Below the pieces are notes generated by a model. The model was not told the DNA's origin. It made no database searches and saw nothing but the letters and a program-made list of their open reading frames with translations. The position numbers were made by a program, and so were the translations under genes. 64,000 nt of DNA, taken from positions 62,001-126,000 of the IMG/VR virus record IMGVR_UViG_3300044796_000657; one strand, given 5' to 3'. The stretch's first letter is position 1. Every line of letters begins with the position of its first letter. This document shows positions 41,662 to 52,776 of the stretch, one piece after another.

Positions 41662-42656
41662 TCAATTGTTGTCTTGTAAGCGTAAGGAAGATACCCGTCA
41701 AAAGGATCGCCAATTAACTCATCAATCTTACGCTTTTTCTCTTCTACTTCCAACATCCAAGTCGGTTCTGGCAGTCTGTACCACCTTCTAGCGAACAAAG
41801 ATGTGAAGTTTGCTATACGTTCCGCATTGCCGCCGCCTAACCGTACAAACAATCCTACGAGGTTTTCTGGTAGGTGAGGAGCAGTGAAAACACCTGCACA
41901 TCCATGATCGCACTCCTTCTTGCCAATCAAATGCGGTGCACTGTCACTACCGAGAAAAAACCCCGGCTCACCAGACAACGCCATGCGAACTAATCTATTC
42001 CGATCTTGTGGACGCTTGGGGATTGGCTTACAAAAATAATGTGGTCTCAATTTATCCCCAACAACATCATCCAATGTTAATTCAAGATGATGAAGTGTAA
42101 TTGTGGCTGCACATCGTGGATAAAATGCCTTAACAAAACTTACGGATTCCATTGTCGTGATATGTTCCAACACGATCCGCAACTTGGGAAATTTCATTAT
42201 CATGTCGGCGAGAATTTCCAAAAACCGATCCTCACGATCCATACAGAATTCGCCGGGCATTTCGCCGTGAACACAAAGCGGAATGTCATTCATTGACATA
42301 ACATCAAGACACTCTGCCAAGTGTCCATCAATGTTTTCGAGTTCTTTTCTTCCGAAACCATTTTCTGAGTTGGTTGTCACACCATCAGGGTAAAGCTTGA
42401 CAGCGGTGATATTATTGAGTTGTTGGGGATCTGTTTTGGGTGTTAACTTGAGAGTCATCAATGGCGTCATTTGTTTGCAATGAGCCATGATTTGCTGCTT
42501 GTAAATTTCAGATTCTTTGAGGGTTGAAATGGGTGGGTCGGTATTTGGCATTACCAGAGCGAATTCGCAGTAACGATCCGATTGAGGGACAATCGTTGCT
42601 AGTGCATCCCCTTGACGGAAATGCACGTGAGCATCAACGAATGCTGGTAAACGCAT
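41631..42656 (-). CDS. pyrC: Dihydroorotase
   Basis: DAHVHFR, VMPN..PP, KLYP, HGE, EHITT, HHL, CKP, GSDSAPH. Confidence 0.95.
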   Translation of the reverse strand: MRLPAFVDAHVHFRQGDALATIVPQSDRYCEFALVMPNTDPPISTLKESEIYKQQIMAHCKQMTPLMTLKLTPKTDPQQLNNITAVKLYPDGVTTNSENGFGRKELENIDGHLAECLDVMSMNDIPLCVHGEMPGEFCMDREDRFLEILADMIMKFPKLRIVLEHITTMESVSFVKAFYPRCAATITLHHLELTLDDVVGDKLRPHYFCKPIPKRPQDRNRLVRMALSGEPGFFLGSDSAPHLIGKKECDHGCAGVFTAPHLPENLVGLFVRLGGGNAERIANFTSLFARRWYRLPEPTWMLEVEEKKRKIDELIGDPFDGYLPYAYKTTIDYEISRHNAE

Positions 42657-43004
42657 ATCACACCTTTACGGAAGATAAAATCACATCCCAATGTTCAGCG
42701 GATTTTGCTTGTTCCGTTAACCAAGGCATCGGCCCGGTGTAATAATACCGAGCAACTAATTGCCGAGTTTGACGAAGAAAATGCGTTTCCATAAAAACGA
42801 CATTCGCCATATCAATACTCATCAACTCGCTATTTTTGCTCTTTTTGAGCGTTAATTGCCCATTACCAAAGGATTTGAAAGTCGCTTTGAAGTTGATGTT
42901 ATTGGGGTAGTGAATATCAAGAGCGGCGTTATTACACAAATACATCAAAAGTGTAGTTGCGTCGTAAGGCCGCACAAGTGTTTTGAAGTTCGTCAAGAGC
43001 ATGA

Positions 43005-43226
43005 TTACTCAACGATGGGCGTGATGGTGACTTCGGAAGTAGTAAGTTCACATTCAGCAGCCAGCCAGAATTCGACACCGTCGCTTTGAGGACGACCAGC
43101 AACTTCCCACTTGTGGTATGCCAGTTTCTCAATCTTGGTGCGACCGTGACAAGCCTTTTTGCTGCACGTTTTCTTTAACGTGGTGGTGGTTGCGGTTTCG
43201 GGGGGTGTTGCGGTAATAGTTGCCAT
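43005..43226 (-). CDS. DUF2934-like protein
   Basis: IEKLAYHKWEVAGRPQSDGVEFWLAAECEL. Confidence 0.8.
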   Translation of the reverse strand: MATITATPPETATTTTLKKTCSKKACHGRTKIEKLAYHKWEVAGRPQSDGVEFWLAAECELTTSEVTITPIVE

Positions 43227-43297
43227 AAATCTTTCTCTATTAGACCATAATTGGTGTGAGGTAATTAAAACATAATGATCGGTCGTTGTCAAGTGGA

Positions 43298-43897
43298 TTA
43301 TCCAAATAAAGTCAATTTTAATTCTCTGAACAATGAAGTTGTAGAAAGTAGTGAGTCTAGTTTCTTTTTCTTATGTAACAAGTAGCGAGTATCAAATTGT
43401 TGATACCATCCCTTTTCTGATCCTGTGTAATAACAATGACGAGACAGAAAATAATCTATCGCCTCTTTGGTATTAGATGCTTGACCATCAGCCATAATCA
43501 TCTTGTCCAAATCGCCTTCATAATGTTGGGCGGCTCTCAACAAGATGGTAAACAACGAAAGACGAATTGGTTGGGCACGCCAAAATCGTGCAGGCTTAAT
43601 CCATACAACATCTTTAACATCACATTTGCGTATTTTGCTTTTGAATGTTAATCCTAATTCATTTTCCACTTCCCCAATCACATCTCTGACTGTTTCATAG
43701 GGACATGCATAGAAAAATTGCTTGTACCAACTCTGATCGAAATTGTAATGAAATGAATCACGACAGTTATACCATTCCATAAAGATTGCTCTTGGCCAAT
43801 CTCTGTAAAAGTAACGACTGCCATATCGAATCATCCCAAATTGTCCCATTTTAATAATGGGATTCTGAACCTTATCAAATTCAGGAATTTTTTTCAT
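43298..43897 (-). CDS. Hypothetical protein; resembles 33608..34345
   Basis: W...P..LSLFTILLR motif. Confidence 0.65.
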   Translation of the reverse strand: MKKIPEFDKVQNPIIKMGQFGMIRYGSRYFYRDWPRAIFMEWYNCRDSFHYNFDQSWYKQFFYACPYETVRDVIGEVENELGLTFKSKIRKCDVKDVVWIKPARFWRAQPIRLSLFTILLRAAQHYEGDLDKMIMADGQASNTKEAIDYFLSRHCYYTGSEKGWYQQFDTRYLLHKKKKLDSLLSTTSLFRELKLTLFG

Positions 43898-44421
43898 AAG
43901 CTGGCCTGAAGATGAAAATTATCTACTTCGCTGAATATTTGTGTCCAACGATAAGCAGACAATTGATGAGGTTCTACATAATAATATTCACAACAGAATT
44001 TGTCCAATATGCGAATGAAGCGATTTGAAGTATATTGAATGGCAGCACTTGGCCCAATACAAAATGTGTAAGTCTTATCTTTCTCGCCCATATTAAGGCG
44101 GATCATTTGATTGATTATTGATTCGCAAGTCACCAACCGGCCTGAATGCCCATTGACAAGTGACCACAAACAGGGTCTCATTTTCAAATAGGATGCCAAA
44201 GATTGGTAATCAGTAGGCATATCAGAGGTTGCCATCTGAAATATCCTCAATAACAATATTGGTTCTTTTGATCTTTTTCTTTCTCTTCGGCTTCAACTTC
44301 AACTTCTTAGATTTGATTTTTTTTGCGGGACGGGATGACAAAGAATTGGTTATGCCATCCAACGAATCGGCTAACCAAAATCTCAAATCCAGCAATCGTC
44401 CAAAGTTAGGGGACTTTTTCA

Positions 44422-44625
44422 TTACGGCACCTGAAGCCTATTATTGATTTTATGCCAGCACTTCATTTGAATTGCTGCTTCACCAGCTTGTTGTTTGTAA
44501 TAGAAACTGATAGCGGTGCCCTCAAGGGTCACCTCCATCAACTCTACATTAACTTTGACACTAAGGTGTCGCAAGCCAAATATCTTTTTCAAAGCACAAT
44601 GAAGAGCATCCAATTCTGCGTCCAT
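44422..44625 (-). CDS. Single BON-domain protein
   Basis: VTLEGTAISFYYKQQAGEAA.......INNRLQV. Confidence 0.65.
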   Translation of the reverse strand: MDAELDALHCALKKIFGLRHLSVKVNVELMEVTLEGTAISFYYKQQAGEAAIQMKCWHKINNRLQVP

Positions 44626-44648
44626 TTACATTCCCCTAATTTGTAAGA

Positions 44649-44676
44649 AGTATATCACTTCTGTGGGGAATGTCAA
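44649..44676 (-). promoter_or_regulatory. sigma70-like promoter
   Basis: TTGACA-16-TATACT. Confidence 0.6.
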
Positions 44677-45742
44677 GAAAATTACGCTAATTTATTTTAT
44701 ATGATGCCTTTAATGTTGTAATAACTTCATGTTCACTTTGGCCTCTAAATGCTTTGATTTCATTGGCGGTACTTAACAAAACATACCCACCTGCCAAAGC
44801 AGGGGTTTCTGAATAAGCTTTTTTTTGAAAATCATAAACAGTAAAAGTTCTAGGTGCGTGCATGCCTACGAATTCATGAATTCCCAAGATACAATAATCG
44901 GTCAAATCGGAAACTTTACGCACTCTGAACTTTTGTGCTTTAACCATTTCAAATAAAGCAATAAGTTCATAAGTCATTGGACACCTTCATCAATACTCAA
45001 TGCTGTTATTTGTTGTATCAAGTCGCTTTTAGAAGCCATAAGCACTTTTGCCAAATCTTCTAGCGGTATAAGGCCCAGATTTTCAATCTCTTCTTCGGAA
45101 GATAGTCTGGCATACTCAGACACCAAAAGCATTAAATGTGCTGCATAACCACTTTGTAAATCGATGGCATGTAACCACGAATTGTTCAATCGTGATAGGC
45201 ACAGATAATCTTGCAACGTGTAAGTATTGCGAACACGCAATCTCACAGTCTTGGCGTTGTGCAAAATCTCCGCTAGTGTCATTGGCTTTTGCGACACTTT
45301 TGTTCAACCTGATCCATGAGGCCACAGAGCGTAGGTGCAACCAAAATTTGGCCACATGCCCACTTCCAATCCCATGCCGTGAAAGTCGCCCGACCTTTTA
45401 CCATTCGCCACTCACCATCAAAATCATTATTGGCCTTAACTATATCCGTCACTATGCCTTCAACCAACTTCATTTCATCTTGATTCCAAGGCCCATGATA
45501 AACACACATCCAGCATTGCGGAAAATGGCCCAACGACTTTTTGCTGCCAACTATGATTGGCGCAGCAGTTTTGACTAATTCCTGAATCTTAATATCATCA
45601 CAACCCGAAGTTGTTAAGATACCACACTTTTGACAAGTGATTTCGATTTGTTTTTTGAAGTAAGAACATAGCACGTTTTGGCTTGAACATTTTGCGCACC
45701 ATATTGGTGTTTTGGGCTTAATTTTAACTATCACCTTATGCC

Positions 45743-46732
45743 TCACAAGTCGTGGGTGCTATTTGATATATCCTCAATATCAACCTTAGATCGCTTACCA
45801 AAATCTTTCGGCCAATAAACCTCGTCTTCATATTCCATTACGTAACTTCTTCGCCGAGTCGAGTGGCCAGATTTATTCGCCGCCTTACAAGCCGTAATCG
45901 CTTCCTTGTCATAATCGTGCCACATCGAAAGAGATTTCGTATCAACCCAACGCATCCCTTGGATTTTATGCATTATACCTTCCCGCTCATTGGGATACAA
46001 CGCACAAAATGTTTTGATCCTAGACTTGAGTAAACTTAAAATAAACGATTCGTGTTCAAGCTTTTCCCTAAAGAATAAAGCAACACTCATTCTTGCTGGC
46101 CACTGGTAGTAGGTCAGCATTTCCTTCATGCCAATGGTGTGACCGTTTAGTAAATGATTTGTAGCAGTGTGTACAAAGTTATTAGCTTCGTGCGGCCCTT
46201 CACCATTGGATTGCCAGCCAAGGGTAGGCCAAGGACTGCTAGGATAAAGAGCGGTTCCCGACGATCCCAATGCGGCGTGTTTTGAAAATGGTGTTGGTCC
46301 ATTCCCAACACTTAAGTCTTCATAAAACTGACTCATCCATTTTGTTGAAGTATAAGGGGAAATTAACCCAGTACAGAACCCACAAAGATCGGCAGCATAT
46401 ACATCAGTAACAGGAAGATTGGTATCTATTACAAATGCGTGAGTAGGATCACCAAACTTCATGTTTTCACATTGGCGATTTCTTTCCCTAACATACATCA
46501 CTCTTAAATTGGCATCTACCTTGTACACCTCCATGTCATGCGGCCCTATTACTGGCAACAGGTGAAGGGAATTCGTGGGGATAAAAGCATAATTCCAAAA
46601 CTGTTGGTATGGAATTCTCTTGTTCTTAAGAATGTAAGGATTCTCGATTTGAAACGACAAACAAGAGACATTCAAGAAATCGCATATCTGCGTATCCTTA
46701 CCAACAAAATCAGGAAATGGATAGTGTGGCAC
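45743..46732 (-). CDS. Hypothetical protein
   Basis: 329-aa ORF. Confidence 0.7.
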   Translation of the reverse strand: MPHYPFPDFVGKDTQICDFLNVSCLSFQIENPYILKNKRIPYQQFWNYAFIPTNSLHLLPVIGPHDMEVYKVDANLRVMYVRERNRQCENMKFGDPTHAFVIDTNLPVTDVYAADLCGFCTGLISPYTSTKWMSQFYEDLSVGNGPTPFSKHAALGSSGTALYPSSPWPTLGWQSNGEGPHEANNFVHTATNHLLNGHTIGMKEMLTYYQWPARMSVALFFREKLEHESFILSLLKSRIKTFCALYPNEREGIMHKIQGMRWVDTKSLSMWHDYDKEAITACKAANKSGHSTRRRSYVMEYEDEVYWPKDFGKRSKVDIEDISNSTHDL

Positions 46733-47598
46733 GGTTCGCCCTTAAGAATTAAGTTCATTGGTTCGTAAAACAATCTTGCTCAACATTGAACGCAATTCAT
46801 CAAGATCGCCTACTCTCGCAGCAACCAACTGAACCAACAAAGGCGACATCCTCTTATAGTCTTCACCGTAATCAGAACGAATAGTGGTCGCTACTCTGTT
46901 AAGTTCCTTATCGGTCAATGGGTGTCCGAATTCGTGACAAAACCATATCCGATCTAAACTATCGGTGACCACAAAGATATTCTTTTCCCAAGGAATGGGA
47001 CTGTTTGCGTCATAGCACAAAAAGTGACCATCCTTGTTGTCTGCCGGACGATGTTCCGGAACAGCAATTTGTATCGATACTTTTAACATTCAAAACCTCA
47101 ATATTTTAAAACCTGTGCCGTTCTTATAAATGTCAGACCCATGCTCTCTAACTCTTGACGAGCTTCGGGTGTTTTGTCTAACCACAACAAAAAGTCTACC
47201 ACGGGTGTAGTATCTTTTTGTGGCTCAGAAACACGGCACGCCATTTTCGCTGCCGAAAACTTGTGTCGTCTAACGAGTCTTTCGCCCAACTCAATTAACG
47301 TACTTTTCATATCCATAGCAAATCTCCTAATAGGGTGGCGGTTTGCCTTTTTTCCACCAATCGGGATCGTCGCCTTCTTTTTCTTTCTCTTCTTCTTCTT
47401 TGAGTTTGCTTGCTGCGTGTCCAACAATTTTATAGGCTGCGAAAAAAGTAATCGCAACTCCCAAAAGTACGCCTATCAACAGCGTAAGTAAAATCGTAGC
47501 AAATTCTCCTTGAACACCAACACAATAACCCCAAGTTAACAATACGCCCATAAAAAAGGAAGCAATACCGACACTAACTTTGTTATCGAAAATAAGAC

Positions 47599-48348
47599 CT
47601 AACATACAGTAAGTACCTCAAATCCTTGTGGTGTTACTACGACCGTGTGTTCGTATTGAGCAGACAATTTTCCATCCGCTGTTGTTGCCGTCCAACCATC
47701 CTGCTCATTAATGATTGCATCAGCAACACCTTCATTGATCATCGGCTCAATTGTAAACACCATCCCCGGCCTCATCCTCAACCCAACACTCTTCGGTGCA
47801 ACAAAAGGAATTTGTGGCTCCTCATGAAAACCTAATCCTACACCATGACCGCAAAATTGATAAACTGTACCACAACCATGTGAAGTGGCTATCCGATTGA
47901 TTTCATATCCAATGTTGCTGAAATAGTTGCCCGGCCTCACCTCATGAATACCAGCATCCAAACAATCCTTAGCAACCTTCACCAAGTCACTCGCTGTCTT
48001 AGAAACCTCGCCAACAAGATACATGGTACTTGTATCACCGTAAAACCCATTCAAAATTGTTGTCACATCTACGTTAACAATATCGCCATTCTTCAATTCG
48101 TAATTACCGGGAATTCCATGACAAACTACCTCATTCACCGATATACAACAAGATGCCGGGTAGCCATGATAACCAAGAGTCGCCGCAACTGCTTTGTTCT
48201 TCTTGATAAACTCTTCAACACGAACATTGATTTCGGCAGTAGTTGAACCAGCCTTAACGTATTGCGAAATATGCTCCAAGCAACTCGCCGCAACACGCCC
48301 ACTGTCTCTAATACCAGCAATTTGTCTCTTATTCTTAATACGAATCAT
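47599..48348 (-). CDS. map: Methionine aminopeptidase type I
   Basis: CISVNEVVCHGIP, DVT, GDTS, GHGVG..FHEEP, FTIEPMIN, SAQYEHT. Confidence 0.97.
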   Translation of the reverse strand: MIRIKNKRQIAGIRDSGRVAASCLEHISQYVKAGSTTAEINVRVEEFIKKNKAVAATLGYHGYPASCCISVNEVVCHGIPGNYELKNGDIVNVDVTTILNGFYGDTSTMYLVGEVSKTASDLVKVAKDCLDAGIHEVRPGNYFSNIGYEINRIATSHGCGTVYQFCGHGVGLGFHEEPQIPFVAPKSVGLRMRPGMVFTIEPMINEGVADAIINEQDGWTATTADGKLSAQYEHTVVVTPQGFEVLTVC

Positions 48349-48387
48349 GTCGTTAATATACCCTATAAATAACCAATTTTCAATTAC

Positions 48388-49116
48388 TTAACTTTTCCAA
48401 GAAGTAAGATCACGACCGGTAAAATTTTCCAATCGCTCAATCATTGGTAAATAAAACTCTAATGCCATCTTGCGATCTACTTCCTTCATAACGGGATTGT
48501 AACCGGAATGATTTTCATTGTACTTCTTGTCGTACTTCTCTGGAACGAAAGACGCATCCACCTCAACCCACTCGTATAGTTCTCGCAACACATTCAAAGG
48601 ATCACTCACCAAATCATCGTACCAAAACAATTTGATTTGCTTTTCAGGAAAGAAAGAGTACCAACGTTTGAGATACTTTAAGTAATTGCCTTTTTCCTGA
48701 AGTGAATTCCAAAATGGCCCCGGCCACGGATGACCAAAATTAAACGCATCAGAAAAAGAAGTTCCCGGTGGTATCTTATGCTCTGCCCACACACCAACTT
48801 TCCAATGACTGAAGGCCCGCTCAACCGGGTTTCTCAGAAAGGCAAAAATCTTAACTTTGGGACAATAAGTCTTAACCAAAGCAGGTGCATGAGGAACATT
48901 AATATAAGCCGGTGTGATTTCGCCGGTTCTATAAACGTTCGGTATTCTACTAAACTTGGCAAGATACTGTTCTGGCGTTATTTCCAGTTTGTCAAAGTAA
49001 TGAAGCTCTTTAAGATATGGCATCCTAATTTCGGGATGATCTTTCAATTGATGCCACGCCCATGTTGTAGCACCTTTCATTACGCCAATACCAATGTAAT
49101 CCGGTTTTCTTTGCAT
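48388..49116 (-). CDS. PAPS-dependent sulfotransferase
   Basis: PDYIGIGVMKGATTW (5'-PSB), KELHYFD, GEITPAY, RNPVERAFSHW (3'-PB). Confidence 0.9.
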   Translation of the reverse strand: MQRKPDYIGIGVMKGATTWAWHQLKDHPEIRMPYLKELHYFDKLEITPEQYLAKFSRIPNVYRTGEITPAYINVPHAPALVKTYCPKVKIFAFLRNPVERAFSHWKVGVWAEHKIPPGTSFSDAFNFGHPWPGPFWNSLQEKGNYLKYLKRWYSFFPEKQIKLFWYDDLVSDPLNVLRELYEWVEVDASFVPEKYDKKYNENHSGYNPVMKEVDRKMALEFYLPMIERLENFTGRDLTSWKS

Positions 49117-49131
49117 ATCTTATCAAAGTAA

Positions 49132-50220
49132 TCAAACTTCTTTTAGATTGATCAAAAAGATGGGAATGTGTAACAAAAATACAATTACCAAACACATCAA
49201 AATCACATGCGGATTTGTAGCATTGAAAATCATTAACATCAAAAACACTTTTGGCAAAGTGAATATCATCTTGCGTGCCGTACCAGATCCAGATTGTGTT
49301 GGAACAAACAATCCTAGAAACAGTGTAGTACACACCGCTATGGCATACTGATTATCAACCAAAGCAAAGAGTGCTATCAGAAAACCGATAATCATCAACG
49401 CAGCGCCAATGCTGCCAAAAACGGTTTGAACATCATTTGGCATTGATGAATTTTTACCCTCTACAACACCTGTATCAAAACACATCACAATGGTTAATAT
49501 CTTGAGAGCCGCAAACACAAAGCATGTACAAGCCAACCAGTGCCACTTGGTTAAATGTCCCACATGGCCGTAAATCACTTGTTCAAAATTAAATGCCGGA
49601 CTAAGTTCTCTCAAAGCGATATAGCTTCCCAAAAGTGGGATTGCGCAATAACCCAAAATGTAATAATCCCGCCATTCCGGCAATTCAATTTTTTGTGCTG
49701 CTAATATTATTGATTGAGCCAGTAAGTGAATGATAATCGTTGGCCACAAACCCAACTTCAAAAATATGTACACATACACCGCACCACATACAAAATGAGG
49801 TACGATATTGAACACTCTGACTTTAAATATTAAGCCATAAAAAAGCCACCAGCTAACAAGAGAAACACCAACTAGTAACCAAAAAGTGAATTGACTATCA
49901 ACCAATTGTGTCGAAAAAATATGCAAGAATAACCAGCGATAAATCTCTTCTAATGGCACCAAAAACAAAAGAAACCAATGGTTGTCATTAATATAATCCA
50001 TGCAAACTTCGTCATAATCTTGTGGCTTAGAAAAGTAAGCCAATCCCATGATGAGGGAAGTTGCACAATATATGACTGCTTGTAGGGTCACATAAGAACA
50101 AATGCTGCCCCATATGCCGTTTAGTAAATAAGCACCCACACCAAAAAAGGCCAGTAAGACCCATGAAGTTAAGGCACCAGACGCATAAGATTTAACCACT
50201 TGGATCTCCCTTTTTTCCAA
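49132..50220 (-). CDS. Polytopic membrane protein with CPBP/Abi intramembrane-protease-like N-terminal part
   Basis: PLEEIYRW, later IIIH; many hydrophobic segments. Confidence 0.6.
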   Translation of the reverse strand: MEKREIQVVKSYASGALTSWVLLAFFGVGAYLLNGIWGSICSYVTLQAVIYCATSLIMGLAYFSKPQDYDEVCMDYINDNHWFLLFLVPLEEIYRWLFLHIFSTQLVDSQFTFWLLVGVSLVSWWLFYGLIFKVRVFNIVPHFVCGAVYVYIFLKLGLWPTIIIHLLAQSIILAAQKIELPEWRDYYILGYCAIPLLGSYIALRELSPAFNFEQVIYGHVGHLTKWHWLACTCFVFAALKILTIVMCFDTGVVEGKNSSMPNDVQTVFGSIGAALMIIGFLIALFALVDNQYAIAVCTTLFLGLFVPTQSGSGTARKMIFTLPKVFLMLMIFNATNPHVILMCLVIVFLLHIPIFLINLKEV

Positions 50221-50250
50221 TAGATGCCTACATAGGCTGAGGGGGCAAGT

Positions 50251-50433
50251 ATGAATCCAAACGACAAAGATTTTTTAGACGACGAATCATCTTACAATAA
50301 TTCGTCAGAAGATGGAAGCTCAGAAGTTGCAGAAGACGACGATGAAGACGTCTTCGGCTACGGAGACTCTAGCGACGAAGAAATTGAAGATACTCATGAT
50401 TTTGATGATGATGACGATTATGAAGACGACTAA
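50251..50433 (+). CDS. Very acidic small protein
   Basis: D/E-rich; GAGGGGG SD. Confidence 0.55.
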   Translation: MNPNDKDFLDDESSYNNSSEDGSSEVAEDDDEDVFGYGDSSDEEIEDTHDFDDDDDYEDD

Positions 50434-50814
50434 CAACCGCCGTAATTATAATTATCGCCATCATCTTCATAGATCTCGATCTCAATCTCGCCAAGTCTCT
50501 TTCCGCAGCTAGAGAAATTGGTCATTGTTCGACAATTTGGCTTGGGGGGTGGCGATGTTAACGAAACAGTATTTACATTTTGACTCAAATTGTCATTGCA
50601 CTCAATCTCATCAATGGCAACTTGCACTCTTATAGGTCTTGGATCGAAATTTAGAGGATTTGGATCGAAATAGCGAAAATGGACGTTATTTACATCCGCA
50701 TCGTCGTAGTAACCAATATAATGGTCAAGACACGACGGACATATCCAACGCCCATAAAATTGGCCGAGACGATAAGCAGGTTCGTTGCATAAATCGCAAT
50801 TCACGACTACTCCT

Positions 50815-51477
50815 TTATGAAGTCCAATTAACAGACTTCCAATACTCTTTCCGCCACGATTTCAACTTCTTGTCAATACTTTCAATAGTATCTTCGGCCC
50901 CGGCAGGCGGAAAACCACCCAAAGTACGCCAATCCTGAAAATCTATCACGCACTCATCAGCAATGAAAGGCTCATTAGACTCCATTGCTAATTGTGCCGC
51001 TTGAACACATTCCACAGGATCAAAAGAAAACTCTAATTTCATCAAAGCATTAAATACATGAATCGGGATTGAGTTATAAACCTCTTTCATATCCCGTATC
51101 GTTTGCAATTTAACACCATGCGAATTCTTCCTAGCACATTCAGATGGATTCAATGCCCAAGATGTAGAAGGATGAATAACGATGTATTCGTATTCATACC
51201 GCTTCGCCATTCTAATGTACGGACTCGCTAAATACGGCTTCAAATTACACGCATCCACAACAACAACCGGCACAGACTCACGTAAGGCATCACGTACAGC
51301 ACTCTGGTTAGAGAAGTGTGCCATCATGGAGTCATCAGCACTCCACTTGAAGTATTCATCCTTACCCATGTAATCATCATGAGAAAAGACGGCACCACCA
51401 AGCCTCTCCGCAATGTTGTTGGCCAAATGGGTTTTGCCCGACCCCGGAAGCCCCCGCATTAAAAACATTCTTTTCAC
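50815..51477 (-). CDS. P-loop kinase (AAA_33 / polynucleotide-kinase-like)
   Basis: LMRGLPGSGKT, SHDDY, VVVDACN, NSHGV. Confidence 0.8.
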   Translation of the reverse strand: MKRMFLMRGLPGSGKTHLANNIAERLGGAVFSHDDYMGKDEYFKWSADDSMMAHFSNQSAVRDALRESVPVVVVDACNLKPYLASPYIRMAKRYEYEYIVIHPSTSWALNPSECARKNSHGVKLQTIRDMKEVYNSIPIHVFNALMKLEFSFDPVECVQAAQLAMESNEPFIADECVIDFQDWRTLGGFPPAGAEDTIESIDKKLKSWRKEYWKSVNWTS

Positions 51478-51478
51478 G

Positions 51479-52255
51479 TTAATTCCCCGTCTCTCTCAAC
51501 AAGGCCCATTCCTGTGGATCTGATTGTGGAATACGAACAATGTTGCCGTCTTTATAAGACACAATTCTGATTTTTGTGTCTTCATAATCGGCAAGAACAA
51601 TACGACCAAATCCGTGTTTGGGATGTTCAATTTCTACGCCAACAGGTTTTTTGGCAAGTTCCTGAATGCTAAATGGTCGCCAACCAAAAATAGCATCACA
51701 AGCTGATATAACTTGTCTTGCTACATCAGGATCGCCATCTCCTACATAATCGAGCAATTGTTTACTTTCATCAATGTAGAGCTTCTTGAAATCCGTAGGT
51801 GCGTTAACCATATCAATAAGGTTGTCTTGGCGATCAAACATCTTCTTGATTTTGGATTTCTGAGTTACCTTGGCCAGTCGCTCCCAATCCATTCGCTTGC
51901 GGTCACGGCGGGGGACACCCTTCAAAACCTTCGTTTGATTGGTTAGTTCGTTAACGCTGAACAAAACGTACTCACTTGTCGCTTCCAAAATTTCTTCATC
52001 AGTGATACTCGTATCTTCCTTTGTGTCGTGAAGATACCCACTGGCTATGTCTTCCATATCCATCAGAGGATGCGTGCCAATCGCCCCCGCAACACGTATC
52101 GTATGTACGGTGAAAGGATCGCCTGAATATTTTCGCTTTTGTCCGTCGTGATGTTTTAGCATCAATGCAATTGCATTGGTTAACTGCTGACGTTGCATGG
52201 GTTCTACCCAATACGGCCAGCGGCGATATGAAATGTTGCTAGGCGTGGTTTTCAT
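51479..52255 (-). CDS. HD-domain hydrolase, SpoT/Mesh1 (p)ppGpp-hydrolase-like
   Basis: HDGQKRKYSGDPFTVH, LHDTKEDT, K.FDRQDNL. Confidence 0.85.
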   Translation of the reverse strand: MKTTPSNISYRRWPYWVEPMQRQQLTNAIALMLKHHDGQKRKYSGDPFTVHTIRVAGAIGTHPLMDMEDIASGYLHDTKEDTSITDEEILEATSEYVLFSVNELTNQTKVLKGVPRRDRKRMDWERLAKVTQKSKIKKMFDRQDNLIDMVNAPTDFKKLYIDESKQLLDYVGDGDPDVARQVISACDAIFGWRPFSIQELAKKPVGVEIEHPKHGFGRIVLADYEDTKIRIVSYKDGNIVRIPQSDPQEWALLRETGN

Positions 52256-52776
52256 AGACCTTTTTCGTTTGGTAAAGCCTTGCGAGCCAATTCTTTTTCA
52301 AGCAGTCGCTTCAAGATCGGTTCGGGAACCAGTTTCTTCAAGCACCTTATTTCTAAATCACTTACATCTTTGGTCAAATCCCTTACCAAAGATGAACTGA
52401 AATCGCTTATCTTGTCCGGTGAAACAATGTAGACCGTAGTTAACTCCGGCCACTTGTCTTGATTGTAATTCTGTAACGCTTTTTCGCCACTGAAGTCATT
52501 GGCAGAACGCATTCCTCGTATCAAAACAGGAATATTCATCTTCTTGGCAAATTCCCACAAATACATCTTGGGATAACCGACAACTTCCACGTTCGGCAAA
52601 TCAATTGCCGACTTAACCATTTCCACCCGCTCTTCATTCGTGAAAGCGTAATTCTTATCTTCGTTGTCGCCAATGCCAACAACGAGCTTGTCGGTTAACT
52701 TGGCAGCGGTTTCAATCAGCCAAAAATGGCCGTAATGAGGGGGATTTGCTGACAATGGAAAGATGGCACTTTTCAT
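52252..52776 (-). CDS. coaD: Phosphopantetheine adenylyltransferase
   Basis: AIFP.SANPPHYGH, K...F..EERVEM, IRGMR...DF..E, SSSLVR. Confidence 0.85.
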   Translation of the reverse strand: MKSAIFPLSANPPHYGHFWLIETAAKLTDKLVVGIGDNEDKNYAFTNEERVEMVKSAIDLPNVEVVGYPKMYLWEFAKKMNIPVLIRGMRSANDFSGEKALQNYNQDKWPELTTVYIVSPDKISDFSSSLVRDLTKDVSDLEIRCLKKLVPEPILKRLLEKELARKALPNEKGL

